Translations under genes and position numbers: made by a program | Notes under the pieces: generated by a model | The model's database searches: none | Told to the model about the DNA's origin: nothing | What the model saw: only the letters and a program-made list of their open reading frames with translations | Shown here: positions 40,534 to 51,996 of the stretch, one piece after another | Layout: each line of letters begins with the position of its first letter | Position numbering within the stretch: the stretch's first letter is position 1 | Source: Eledone cirrhosa | Lineage: Eukaryota | Reading direction: 5' to 3' | Assembly (NCBI GenBank): GCA_964016885.1 | Contig: OZ024742.1 | Location: 333,684,001 to 333,748,000 of the forward strand | Length of the DNA: 64,000 bases

Positions 40534-40624
40534 TTGCTACATGATCTCGTCTCCAATTCTACGTGCGAGGATCGAGTGCTCAACCGGCATACTGCCTACG
40601 GACGCAATTTTCTTGCAACCATAC

Positions 40625-40660
<36 letters not shown>

Positions 40661-40663
<3 letters not shown>

Positions 40664-41114
40664 TGGACCAAATATACCCAAACCAATCCTCAACCCTACA
40701 GTTACCAAATGTGGGAGAACAAACTGTGGAACGTGCCTCTACCTCACTGAAGGACAAAAATTTACATTTAAAGATGGCCAAACATTTACAGTAAAAAACA
40801 ATTTCACCTGCAACTCGGAGAACTTGATTTACGCAATAACTTGCGGTGGGTGCAAACACAACTACATAGGACAGACGGGCACCTCATTACGCAAAATAAT
40901 GACCATCCACCGCCAACAAATCCGGGACGCTAGCACAAGAAAAATCCCCTTGAGCAGCCATATTGCGAACTGCGCAGGAATGACACTACCCAACTTTAAA
41001 ATCTTCCCCTTCTACAAGTGCTCAGATTCGTTCACACAGCAACAAAGAATAAACAAAGAAAATCTATTCCTTAACAAATTTAAACCAAAACTAAACGGGT
41101 TATCACCCCAATAG
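40661..41114 (+). pseudogene. PLE (Neptune-like) Cys-rich linker + GIY-YIG endonuclease; open frame, 5'-truncated at (TA)n
   Basis: KCGRTNCGTC...FTCNSENLIYAITCGGCKHNYIGQTGTSLRKIMTIHRQQI...PLSSH...E...KPKLN. Confidence 0.93.
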
Positions 41115-41602
41115 AATTGTCATAAAATATAAACACACATACGCACGGAGTGACAGATATATGTGTTTGTATGTGTGCATGTATATAATTATCACTACTA
41201 TTAAAGACCAGAGACCAATTCTGTAGAATCAGGTTTATTCGTTGAGAGACCATGCCTTTGTGTGACCAACACATCCATGTTAAACCCTGCACGTGCACAC
41301 ACATATATCTATATATATATGCGCACACAGAATTCACCACTGTCAGTTGCGGGGCCCAATCTACATGAAGAACTCAATGTGATCAGAATGACTTGTATTA
41401 TAATTTCACTGCCCTAACTTCTTATATTATGGAAAAAATATATGTGTATGTATGCATATATATATATTTGGAGGCCATTTCTCTGTGTGTGGGTGTATGT
41501 ATGTGTATATGTGTGTGTGTGTGTGTGCATGTGGATGTATGTATTGTGTGTGCGTGTGTGTGTGTGTGTGTATGTATGTGTGTATCTGGATGTATGCGTA
41601 TG

Positions 41603-41633
<31 letters not shown>

Positions 41634-41779
41634 ATATATATGTGTGTGTATGTGTATATATGTGTGTGTGTGTTTGTATGTGTGTATGTATATATATGTG
41701 TGTGTGTGTATGCATGTGTGTGTATGGGTGTGTGTATATATATGTGTATGTATATGTGTGTATATATGTGTATGTACAC

Positions 41780-41815
<36 letters not shown>

Positions 41816-42285
41816 ATGTATGTGTGTATCTGGATGTATGTGTATGTATATATGTGTGTGTGTGTGTATATATATATATGTGTGTGTATGTGCATATATG
41901 TGTGTGTATATGTGTGTATGTATATGTATGTGTGTGTGTATGTATGTGTGGATGAAGGTATGTGTGTATATATAGGTGTAAGTGCACTAAATCCCTTTCT
42001 ATCAATATCCCCTCTCCTTCCGAGCACAGGAAGATATATGTATGTATATTGCTTCCACCCCCTCACTGACCAGCAGCTGGCCATCTGGCCATTGCTAAAT
42101 TTGACCTTTATAAAATAACCCACACCCCCAAATAACTTCTCATTCACTACCTGAAAGGCACACAGCAGTCAACGAGCTGCTACCAAGATGAAAACTACTA
42201 TGAAATCCCACAATGAATTGTATACTTGAATTTTCAAATCTCAAATTTTAACTCTTCTTATTATTAATTTTTCTTAATATTAATC

Positions 42286-42333
42286 AACATTTGAAAAGAT
42301 GGCTTTTGCAGACCCATCGAAACCGGTCATTTT
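42286..42333 (+). ncRNA. Minimal type I hammerhead with U3-A8 core variant
   Basis: AACAT TTGAAAA GATGG..CCATC GAAAC CG GTC ATTTT. Confidence 0.7.
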
Positions 42334-44372
42334 TTATACCCTTTATTATTTCCTACCTTATAAAATTATATGTTTTTTCACAAAAAAGTATTCTGTCTCT
42401 TATATATTCCATGTGCCATTACCAACCTCAATTTTCTCTATAACCTTCGTTTTGTGTAGTAAATTACACTTTTCATATATCTGTATATTTATATATATAT
42501 ATATTTGAAATTTGGCAGTAGTTTGCCTCAACTAAAATGTCTATGAAAATTACTCGATTCTTATTTCAACTATCTATTCAGTGAAAATGTAGGCTTTAAA
42601 TCAGCTAACACAGGGCAATGAGTTCCCAACGATACCTTAGCGTACTAATTAAAGCCGTCGTCTGAGAATCCGAGAGAGGCGTATTTCTATTGCTCGTTGA
42701 CACATCTTACCACTATTTTCTATCTCCGTGAGTAATTCTTCCGAATTTCACAACTATTATTTATAGTAATCCACTATTGTTTTAGTCCTTTGCTCTGGGA
42801 CCACTGTGTTCTAAATCTAAATTTTCCCGAACGTTTCTTATGTCAACTATAACAATACGAGTGGTCTATACTAAGTATGTCTAAAACAAAACAGTTTGAT
42901 CGTGTCTAAATCATTGTCGATATGGGACAGAACTAAAACCTATCCTGGTTTATACCTGTTATTTGATTGGCATTTGTTTTATCAACTGCGAGTCAAAATT
43001 GCGGCATCTATGAACCTATTTCACTTGCTAGAAATAGCAAAGAAATGTTTCATAATTTACACCCCACCGCTACAAAAACTAAGAAACTAGGCTATGGAAT
43101 GGTACCATATATCTACTAGATTAAGATTAAATGATAACGACAATTACCACTATGTAATTAATTATTCGACAGGCTAGAAAATGCAATCAAATCTCATTCC
43201 AATTACAGCCAGTCCTTTTTGAAAATTCAAATCTACATAGTACTCTGGCATAGATGATAATGGCGGAGGAATTACCATTTTATCAAACGTCTGCTTAGTC
43301 ATCTAGAACTAAAGAATAACAACTAGAACAATAGGTTAAATGCTATAGAAGAGTTCATTAAATATTTTAGGTTTCACTTCAATTATTTGGTACTATAAAT
43401 TTATCTCATTTACAAGGTTGTTATAATGACAATAACTCTCGACCGATGGATTACATATTTTACTAGAATAATTTTGCTCCCTTCCTTCTCATTTAAGGCG
43501 TTACAGGACTCAACGCGAGCGTTGATTCCTCTGACATCAATAAAAGGCTTATTAGCATTATAGTGAGATCCGATCGATTCAATCAACTCTAACATTTGCT
43601 TACAGATTATTGTCCTTGCGCTAATGTCAGAAATAATTACTACTTACATTTATTGTATTTAAGTCTATTTAACTGTGCAGCGCAGCTTAGAGAAAAATAA
43701 GCTTAGGGAGAAATTAAAAATGTCGTGTAAAAAGAAAAGAGAGAAAGTAATTACTAAGTCTCGCTTTATTTATACAAACAAAAGAAACATCTAATGAAAG
43801 GTCGATCGTGTTGTTCTCTTGATTATAGTAATGTAAATCACAGGAAATAGATACAGACGAAAATGAAAACTTTGTTGAATGCACAACTCATCGGAGAGCG
43901 CTGTCTCTCCTTATCTGTATTATACAATTACGGCGAACGGGACTATTACAACAGTAAGAGAAAAATGACAGAACGAGAGAATATAAGACTAGGAAGAACA
44001 CTCTAACAATTACAAAATAAAATAGATAAAAATAGAAAAGACAGAGAAAAACGATCTACTAAATATCATCAAATAGATGATGATAACAATGATAGCAACG
44101 AGAACTCTGAACCTGTCGTATATCTATCAAATGTTTCGAATAATATCGCAGACATTGAAGTAATATTACAAAAATCGAACAATAGCTTAGCATTGTAGTT
44201 TATAAAGTTACAAAGTATTTCATACAATCTAGCTATTCGTTGCCCTCGTCCTATCAGTCTAGACAGTTCTGTATTTTAATTTGGAAGTCGTTGATGTTGT
44301 TGTTGTTGTCTCGTTGACATTATAACCAGTGTAGTTTGATAATATTGTTGTTCTTCTGATTGAAGAGATACG

Positions 44373-44440
<68 letters not shown>

Positions 44441-44504
44441 GTATATATATGTCTGTGTGTGTGTGTGTGTGTGTGTGTATTTATGTATATATGTACATCC
44501 AGAC

Positions 44505-44601
<97 letters not shown>

Positions 44602-45139
44602 AATATATATGTGTATGTATGATTATATGCATTTTAAATGTAGCTCTGATAAATTTCGATATACTCACTACACAGTGAACATTTCTATAATATGTAAGGT
44701 TATCGAAATATATCAGAGAAAAGAAAAAGTTATATATCCATCACACAGACGAGATGATAATAGCGTGGAAATAAGTTGGATAATTTTAGTTCCTAGTTTC
44801 AATATATTCGACAACAAATGATGAAATAAAAATGTGACGAAGAAAAATGAAGAGAATTAAAAAAAGATAATAGTATGTGGAGAGGGAAAGAAAATGTAAA
44901 TGAAGCGACAGAATAGCTTTAGATATCTCGGCAAATAGGTGTGAATGTTTAACAACCTGATACAATCTACCCCACACGTACGTACACACACACACACACG
45001 CGGGCGCATATATATATATAGAGAGAGAGATGTACAGATATACATACATATATATAGTCTAACAGTAAACATAATAATACCACTGATGAAGTTTCAGATG
45101 TGCAACGAAAGAACTTTGTTAGACTATATATATGTATTT

Positions 45140-45275
45140 ATAACTCCGTATTCGCACCACCAACTACACAAACGAAGACGGATGAGCTGCATTACGTTGA
45201 GTACTCTCCATAATATTACATCAAGATTGACCATACGTAATGACCAAATCTATCCAGTGGTGAACCAACAAACCT

Positions 45276-45280
<5 letters not shown>
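45140..45280. repeat. Dispersed repeat abutting (TA)n; second copy 61660-61786
   Basis: TCGCACCACC..ACACAAACGAAGACG.ATGAG.TGCATTAC..AATATTACATCAA..TGAACCAACAAACCTAAA in both. Confidence 0.85.
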
Positions 45281-45313
<33 letters not shown>

Positions 45314-45396
45314 AAAGTTTTATTTAAAATTGTTGGGTTACAACAAGTAAATATTTTATAACTGATATAAAGTACTCGACAAGTTTTTGGAGTAGA

Positions 45397-45751
45397 TATA
45401 CGATATTAAACAAATGGAAACTATATTTATAAAACCATATTTATTTCATTATACATATTTGAGGGATACCATATTAAAAATATGGCATGCCTTCGTCAGA
45501 TAAAATACAATATATAAACAGTTTTATAAATAATTTTGACGTACCCTAATATAAGCGACCATTAAATTAGGAGGCAGCCTCCTAATTTAATGGTCGCTTA
45601 TATTATGGTACGTCAAAATTATTTATAAAACTGTTTATATATTGTATTTTATCTGACGAAGGCATGCCATATTTTTAATATGGTATCCCTCAAATATGTA
45701 TAATGAAATAGATATGGTTTTATAAATATAGTTTCCATTTGTTTAATATCG

Positions 45752-45755
<4 letters not shown>
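45397..45755. repeat. Near-perfect hairpin (~180-bp arms, centre 45576) with a G12C-mutated family A hammerhead in each arm
   Basis: Plus strand 45645-45710: TATTTTAT CTGACGA AGG..CCT CAAAT ATGT ATA ATGAAATA; minus copy 45442-45507. Confidence 0.9.
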
Positions 45756-45794
<39 letters not shown>

Positions 45795-46117
45795 ATATTA
45801 TATGAAAGACGTAAATAAGAAAATTATGAAAATCGACTTACTTACTAAAATGATAACAATGATAGCAACGAGAACTCTGAACCTGTCGTATATATATTTG
45901 CTAGCATAGGTATGCATCTGTATACATATGTTGGTAGATATACTAATTCTTTATATATATATATTATATAGTTTTAATATAGATGAGATTCTACAGGACT
46001 AGAATATATATTATATATATATAATATATATATATAAAAATACACACATGTAATTTCATGAAATCACACACACACAGACACGCATCCAGACACACACACA
46101 CACATAACCCCCCCCCC

Positions 46118-46153
<36 letters not shown>

Positions 46154-46375
46154 GTGGTGAATGTGTGTGTGTCTGGATGTGTGTGTGTTTGTGTGTGTGA
46201 TTTCATGAAATGACTTTCCGGATGACTAGTTCAAAAATTCACGGTCGATGTGGAGGGCATTGTTGGTGTCCACTTGAGCTTTTTGCAGGGATTGTTTTTG
46301 TTTTTTTTTTGTTCATTGAAACAAGATAGGGGGATGAGAGCTAAACTTTCAGAAAGTTGAAAAACAAGGGCCACC

Positions 46376-46439
<64 letters not shown>

Positions 46440-46440
46440 A

Positions 46441-46875
46441 GTGGTTACACAACAGTTAGTTCACCATACCGAGAACAATTGTTTCACCTTAGCGGATCCT
46501 CAGCTCGTAATGGACATGGTTATAGGAACAGGAAAGCCAACTGTACGAACGCGCATGCGCAGAAATCCGGTCACTTCACACAGGCAATACTAGAATGCGT
46601 GCGAGAGGTGTAAAGGAGATAACTGGGGAGTCCGAAAAATTTATAGTTGGAAATATAATTACAAGGAATAGGCCGGAGCCCTGTAGTTATGCAATAAATG
46701 TTTGGTGACGTGTGGACCACGTGTGAAAAATTCATTTCTCGTGTTTAGGCAATCACTATTGCGTAATCTCTTTAGAATGGTTATTCGTTCGTCAATACAT
46801 AAGCCACACGTCGCATATCCCCTTGCGTATGGCTTGGACTTAGTGATGGCTTTCCATTGAATGGAGTAGTCAATA
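46441..46875 (-). mobile_element. 5'-truncated PLE: GIY-YIG C-terminus + 3' UTR, ending at (TA)n
   Basis: IDYSIQWKAITKSKPY...CGLCIDERITIL...LNTRNEFFTRGPH..KHLL; same motif class as 3043-3400. Confidence 0.85.
46470..46507 (-). ncRNA. Minimal type I hammerhead, GUU, in PLE 3' UTR
   Basis: CGAG CTGAGGA TCC GCTAA GGT GAAAC AATT GTT CTCG. Confidence 0.85.
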
Positions 46876-46970
46876 CTATGCAAATTAGTCGGCCCACTAC
46901 TAATTTTCATAGAAAAAGCATATAACGATATGTGCTTTTACAATTCTCCAGAAGGGCCGGTAGATAGGTA

Positions 46971-47015
46971 AATATTGCTGATGAGTTGTAACAACAACGA
47001 AACTAGTTCAATATT
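46971..47015 (+). ncRNA. Minimal type I hammerhead ribozyme, GUU (unit 1)
   Basis: AATATTG CTGATGA GTTGT AACA ACAAC GAAAC TA GTT CAATATT: perfect 7-bp stem I, 5-bp stem II, palindromic ACTAGT stem III. Confidence 0.95.
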
Positions 47016-47437
47016 CCTTGCCTGGCTTTCTGGAGAATAGAGGGAAGGTGTTCCCCCGAAAACCAGTATGACTCTAAAAACCGGTTTGTCTGTGTGTTTA
47101 CATACAGAATAGCTGGGCTGCTCACAGTAAAGCAACCAGTGAAAGACTTGTTACACCTACATATGTATTCGTGTGTGTATTCATATACACACTAGTATTT
47201 CAGTATGCATATGTAGATGTACATTTTTAACTTAATTGTTTAAGCGTCAGTCATACAAAAGTGAGTTACAAACGAAACGAAATTTAATTTCGTTTCGTTA
47301 TTTGTTTTTATCGTCTCCGCTGAACCGGTGCGTACTCACACTCTATGCAAATTAGTCTGCCCACTACTAATTTTCATAGAAAAAGCATATAACGATATGT
47401 GCTTTTACAATTCTCCAGAAGGGCCGGTAGATAGGTA

Positions 47438-47482
47438 AATATTGCTGATGAGTTGTAACAACAACGAAACTAGTTCAATATT
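47438..47482 (+). ncRNA. Minimal type I hammerhead ribozyme (unit 2)
   Basis: Identical to unit 1. Confidence 0.95.
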
Positions 47483-47904
47483 CCTTGCCTGGCTTTCTGG
47501 AGAATAGAGGGAAGGTGTTCCCCCGAAAACCAGTATGACTCTAAAAACCGGTTTGTCTGTGTGTTTACATACAGAATAGCTGGGCTGCTCACAGTAAAGC
47601 AACCAGTGAAAGACTTGTTACACCTACATATGTATACGTGTGTGTATTCATATACACACTAGTATTTCAGTATGCATATGTAGATGTACATTTTTAACTT
47701 AATTGTTTAAGCGTCAGTCATACAAAAGTGAGTTACAAACGAAACGAAATTTAATTTCGTTTCGTTATTTGTTTTTATCGTCTCCGCTGAACCGGTGCGT
47801 ACTCACACTCTATGCAAATTAGTCTGCCCACTACTAATTTTCATAGAAAAAGCATATAACGATATGTGCTTTTACAATTCTCCAGAAGGGCCGGTAGATA
47901 GGTA

Positions 47905-47949
47905 AATATTGCTGATGAGTTGTAACAACAACGAAACTAGTTCAATATT
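47905..47949 (+). ncRNA. Minimal type I hammerhead ribozyme (unit 3)
   Basis: Identical to unit 1. Confidence 0.95.
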
Positions 47950-48371
47950 CCTTGCCTGGCTTTCTGGAGAATAGAGGGAAGGTGTTCCCCCGAAAACCAG
48001 TATGACTCTAAAAACCGGTTTGTCTGTGTGTTTACATACAGAATAGCTGGGCTGCTCACAGTAAAGCAACCAGTGAAAGACTTGTTACACCTACATATGT
48101 ATACGTGTGTGTATTCATATACACACTAGTATTTCAGTATGCATATGTAGATGTACATTTTTAACTTAATTGTTTAAGCGTCAGTCATACAAATGTGAGT
48201 TACAAACGAAACGAAATTTAATTTCGTTTCGTTATTTGTTTTTATCGTCTCCGCTGAACCGGTGCGTACTCACACTCTATGCAAATTAGTCTGCCCACTA
48301 CTAATTTTCATAGAAAAAGCATATAACGATATGTGCTTTTACAATTCTCCAGAAGGGCCGGTAGATAGGTA

Positions 48372-48416
48372 AATATTGCTGATGAGTTGTAACAACAACG
48401 AAACTAGTTCAATATT
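48372..48416 (+). ncRNA. Minimal type I hammerhead ribozyme (unit 4)
   Basis: Identical to unit 1. Confidence 0.95.
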
Positions 48417-48838
48417 CCTTGCCTGGCTTTCTGGAGAATAGAGGGAAGGTGTTCCCCCGAAAACCAGTATGACTCTAAAAACCGGTTTGTCTGTGTGTTT
48501 ACATACAGAATAGCTGGGCTGCTCACAGTAAAGCAACCAGTGAAAGACTTGTTACACCTACATATGTATACGTGTGTGTATTCATATACACACTAGTATT
48601 TCAGTATGCATATGTAGATGTACATTTTTAACTTAATTGTTTAAGCGTCAGTCATACAAAAGTGAGTTACAAACGAAACGAAATTTAATTTCGTTTCGTT
48701 ATTTGTTTTTATCGTCTCCGCTGAACCGGTGCGTACTCACACTCTATGCAAATTAGTCTGCCCACTACTAATTTTCATAGAAAAAGCATATAACGATATG
48801 TGCTTTTACAATTCTCCAGAAGGGCCGGTAGATAGGTA

Positions 48839-48883
48839 AATATTGCTGATGAGTTGTAACAACAACGAAACTAGTTCAATATT
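48839..48883 (+). ncRNA. Minimal type I hammerhead ribozyme (unit 5)
   Basis: Identical to unit 1. Confidence 0.95.
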
Positions 48884-49278
48884 CCTTGCCTGGCTTTCTG
48901 GTAAAATAGAGGGAAGGTGTTCCCCCGAAAACCAATATGACTCTAAAAACCGGTTTGTCTGTGTGTTTACATACAGAATAGCTGGGCTGCTCACAGTAAA
49001 GCAACCAGTGAAAGACTTGTTACACCTACATATGTATACGAGTGTGTATTCATATACACACTAGTATTTCAGTATGCATATGTAGATGTACATTTTTAAC
49101 TTAATTGTTCAATTTGTTATACATACTTGTTTAAAAATATAATAGAAATTTACGCGACATCAACTACAACCAACTATATACACCATGTGCCGAGTTGGAC
49201 TATTTGAAAACCAATGACTGCGTGATCCTATTAGATATATGTGATAAATCTTCCTCACGCTCTTACCCTATTCTCTTA

Positions 49279-49915
49279 AATAATTACTTCTACTTTTGGC
49301 ACAAGGCCAGCAATTATCCCATTGCATTACTGGTGCCTTATTTTATCGGCACCCTAAGGATGAAAGGAAGAGATAATTTCGGCGGGTGTTGAACTCAGAC
49401 TGTAAAGTGGCGTAACTCTATGCTACAAATCATGGTGTCCGACGCTCTGCCGATACTGACAATCCACCTATTATCTTAAATAATTGTTTCTACTTTTGGC
49501 GCAAGGCCAAGAATTATACCAGTGTATTACTTTATATTATCGACCCCGTAAGGATGAAAGGCAAAGTAAAGCTCGACGGGATTTGAACTCACACCGTAAA
49601 GGGATGTAACTATGCTGGAAAGCATGGCATCCGACCCTCTGCTGATACTGCCAATCCACCGAAGACACTGGAAATATATGGACTTAGGTACACTGAAAAC
49701 GAGAGTGGAGCGTCTTTGATCATGGGTATGCTAGGTCGACCTAAGCCCCAAATAAACTCATTGCAGCATAGAGTTACGGCCCTTTATGAGCTGAGTCCAA
49801 ATCCGGCCAAGGTTAACTTACTTTGCCTTTCATCCTTACGGGGTCGATAAAATAAAGCACCAGTAATGTACTGGGTCGATTTAATCGACTTTCCTCCCCT
49901 TGGCCTTGTGCCTAT
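49279..49915. mobile_element. Cluster of three ~190-bp SINEs (49279-49468 -, 49480-49660 -, 49762-49915 +)
   Basis: Core and B-box matches. Confidence 0.88.
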
Positions 49916-50737
49916 ACTATAAATTAATTTCAGTTTTAAATATTTACATAATGTTTTGTTGTTTTTGTTTCAGTATTTTCATCATATGCTTTACTTAGAA
50001 TTTATAAAACAAATATAAGACAAATAATGTCGAAGAGTAAAGTCTACATTTGTGTGTCGATGTTACATTCTGTTGGCTCGAAGCTGAGAGCCTCTCAACG
50101 ACAAATAGCCAACGTTATTCGCAGAATCAAATATTCTACCTCCCACAGTCTGCATAAATTATCTCCAAGGTATTACATCTGAGGTCAAGAGAGCTGCCCT
50201 ATCTGTCTTACTCATTATCTTTCATCAGATATACTTGCGGACCATACTAATATTCTAGAAATTCAATCTTTACATTTAACGGGAATCATCTACAAATAGT
50301 GCAGTGATTCGAAAATTGAAGACTTGCAATCGGATTACTAATGTTATAATTAATTGATGTGACACAATTTCTTGTATTAACGACCCTGTTGATCTTTTTA
50401 GTAATCGGTCATAGACTTTTCTGAATGTCGTTAAATATTTACACTGTTCCATGTAGTAGTCGATGATTCAGGTAAAATCTAGTTAAATATTTGGTACTGC
50501 AACCAATATAAAGCTAATTAAGAGGATCGTTAGAAGTTATATATATAATTTACATATACGTCCATACCTATATATATATATATATATATATAACCAAAGA
50601 TTTATATGGTTCGTTGATTATTCAACGAATAGAATTTTACAATTGATTAGAAGCACTCGACATTGAACATTTTCCTGGAGTATTTAATATTATTTAAAAT
50701 ATTAATAAATGAAAAATATTCCCATAATCAAAATATA

Positions 50738-50800
50738 TATTTTATTATACAAATTTCAAAGGTATATTGGTGTTTAAGTACGTTTTCATCAGATAAAATA
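50738..50800 (-). ncRNA. Type I hammerhead, AUA (family A)
   Basis: TATTTTAT CTGATGA AAA.GTA..TAC.TTT GAAAT TTGT ATA ATAAAATA. Confidence 0.78.
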
Positions 50801-50882
50801 TATAAGATTGGATATGCGACATACCGCTACGGTTTTGATTATTCAATTCCAATAGATGTGTGTGCGTGCGTGCATGCGTGCC

Positions 50883-50947
<65 letters not shown>

Positions 50948-51615
50948 GTACATGACTTAATGGATAGAGCGTTGGGATGGCAATAGGAAGATCGTGAATT
51001 CGATTCTCGAACAGGTTGAAGTGATGTACACATTAGCATGACATTTTATTTCACATTGCTCCAGTTTACTAAGCTGCAAAAATGAGTCGTGACATCACTT
51101 GTCCCAATCAGTATTAGTCATTGCATTCCCGTTGGATAACATCGGTCACGTGAAGAGTTTAGACTCGTACGCATGGGTGACCTCTGGCCGTGGAAGGAAC
51201 ATTTCTAGGAGCAAATTCCATGGTCAATTGTGACATATCCTATAAGTATACCTATCAATTAATTTAATTTCCTGTTATGTATCTAGATTCCTTGTAGTTT
51301 AAATAAGATTGTTATTTCTCACTAATACCCTTATCCCCAAAAAAGTTTGTTTCCCTCCTTTTTAACGACATTCTTTAATAACATCAAATGTTCGTGTACA
51401 CTTCACTATCTTCTTGACTTGACGTCATTTTCTCCACCCCATTGTATTCTTTTCATTCAAAGCATTAATCTGCACTCCTCCACTCCTAGATTTAATTTCT
51501 ACTACTGTTATTCTATCAACTTGACCTCTGAATCATTTCTCTTGGTCAATTCAAAACCTGTTCTCAAACAGACCCTTTATATCAATTTATTGTTTTTTTT
51601 CAATAAACACATATC

Positions 51616-51750
51616 ATCATTTCTGAAGACGGCATGTATATGTGAAGGTATATATATTTTCTCTGATAATTTGTAATTTTTTTTCATAGATCTTAAACAT
51701 GATATACATACCAACACACATATACATACCAGAAATGATCGTAAAATGAT
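51616..51750 (+). ncRNA. Type I hammerhead, GUA, ~100-nt stem II
   Basis: ATCATTT CTGAAGA C-GGCATGTATATGTG..CACATATACATACC-A GAAAT GATC GTA AAATGAT. Confidence 0.8.
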
Positions 51751-51947
51751 AATTTTTTTGATATAAGGAACTTGTTCTTTGTTTTTATTTTATTGTTTTT
51801 ATTAATTTATCTCAACTTTGTTTTCCTATAACTTTTGTCGTAAAATTTCAATGCATCTTCTCTTTTTATGATATCTTCTATATTGGGATTACATTGAATT
51901 CTTCATACGGATTGGACACTACCGTATATTTTGGTAGATTTATCTAC

Positions 51948-51978
<31 letters not shown>

Positions 51979-51996
51979 TAGATATATATACATATA

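Larger units (their letters stand above)
40661..42480 (+). mobile_element. 5'-truncated Penelope-like element inserted in (TA)n
   Basis: GIY-YIG ORF, 3' UTR with expanded TG/TA tract (41440-41975), hammerhead near the 3' end, (TA)n at both ends. Confidence 0.8.
46876..49109 (+). mobile_element. 467-bp tandem array (4 full + ~0.8 units), hammerhead retrozyme-like
   Basis: Unit starts CTATGCAAATTAGTC at 46876, 47343, 47810, 48277, 48744; only a few substitutions between units; non-coding. Confidence 0.95.

Noticed and set aside
46938-48994. Repeated 65-aa minus-strand ORF MLYCEQPSY...
   Set aside because: By-product of the 467-bp repeat: no recognisable domain, non-ATG start, and frameshifted in unit 5.
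46876-49109. CRISPR-like array
   Set aside because: Units are identical along their whole length with no unique spacers; eukaryotic context, no cas genes.
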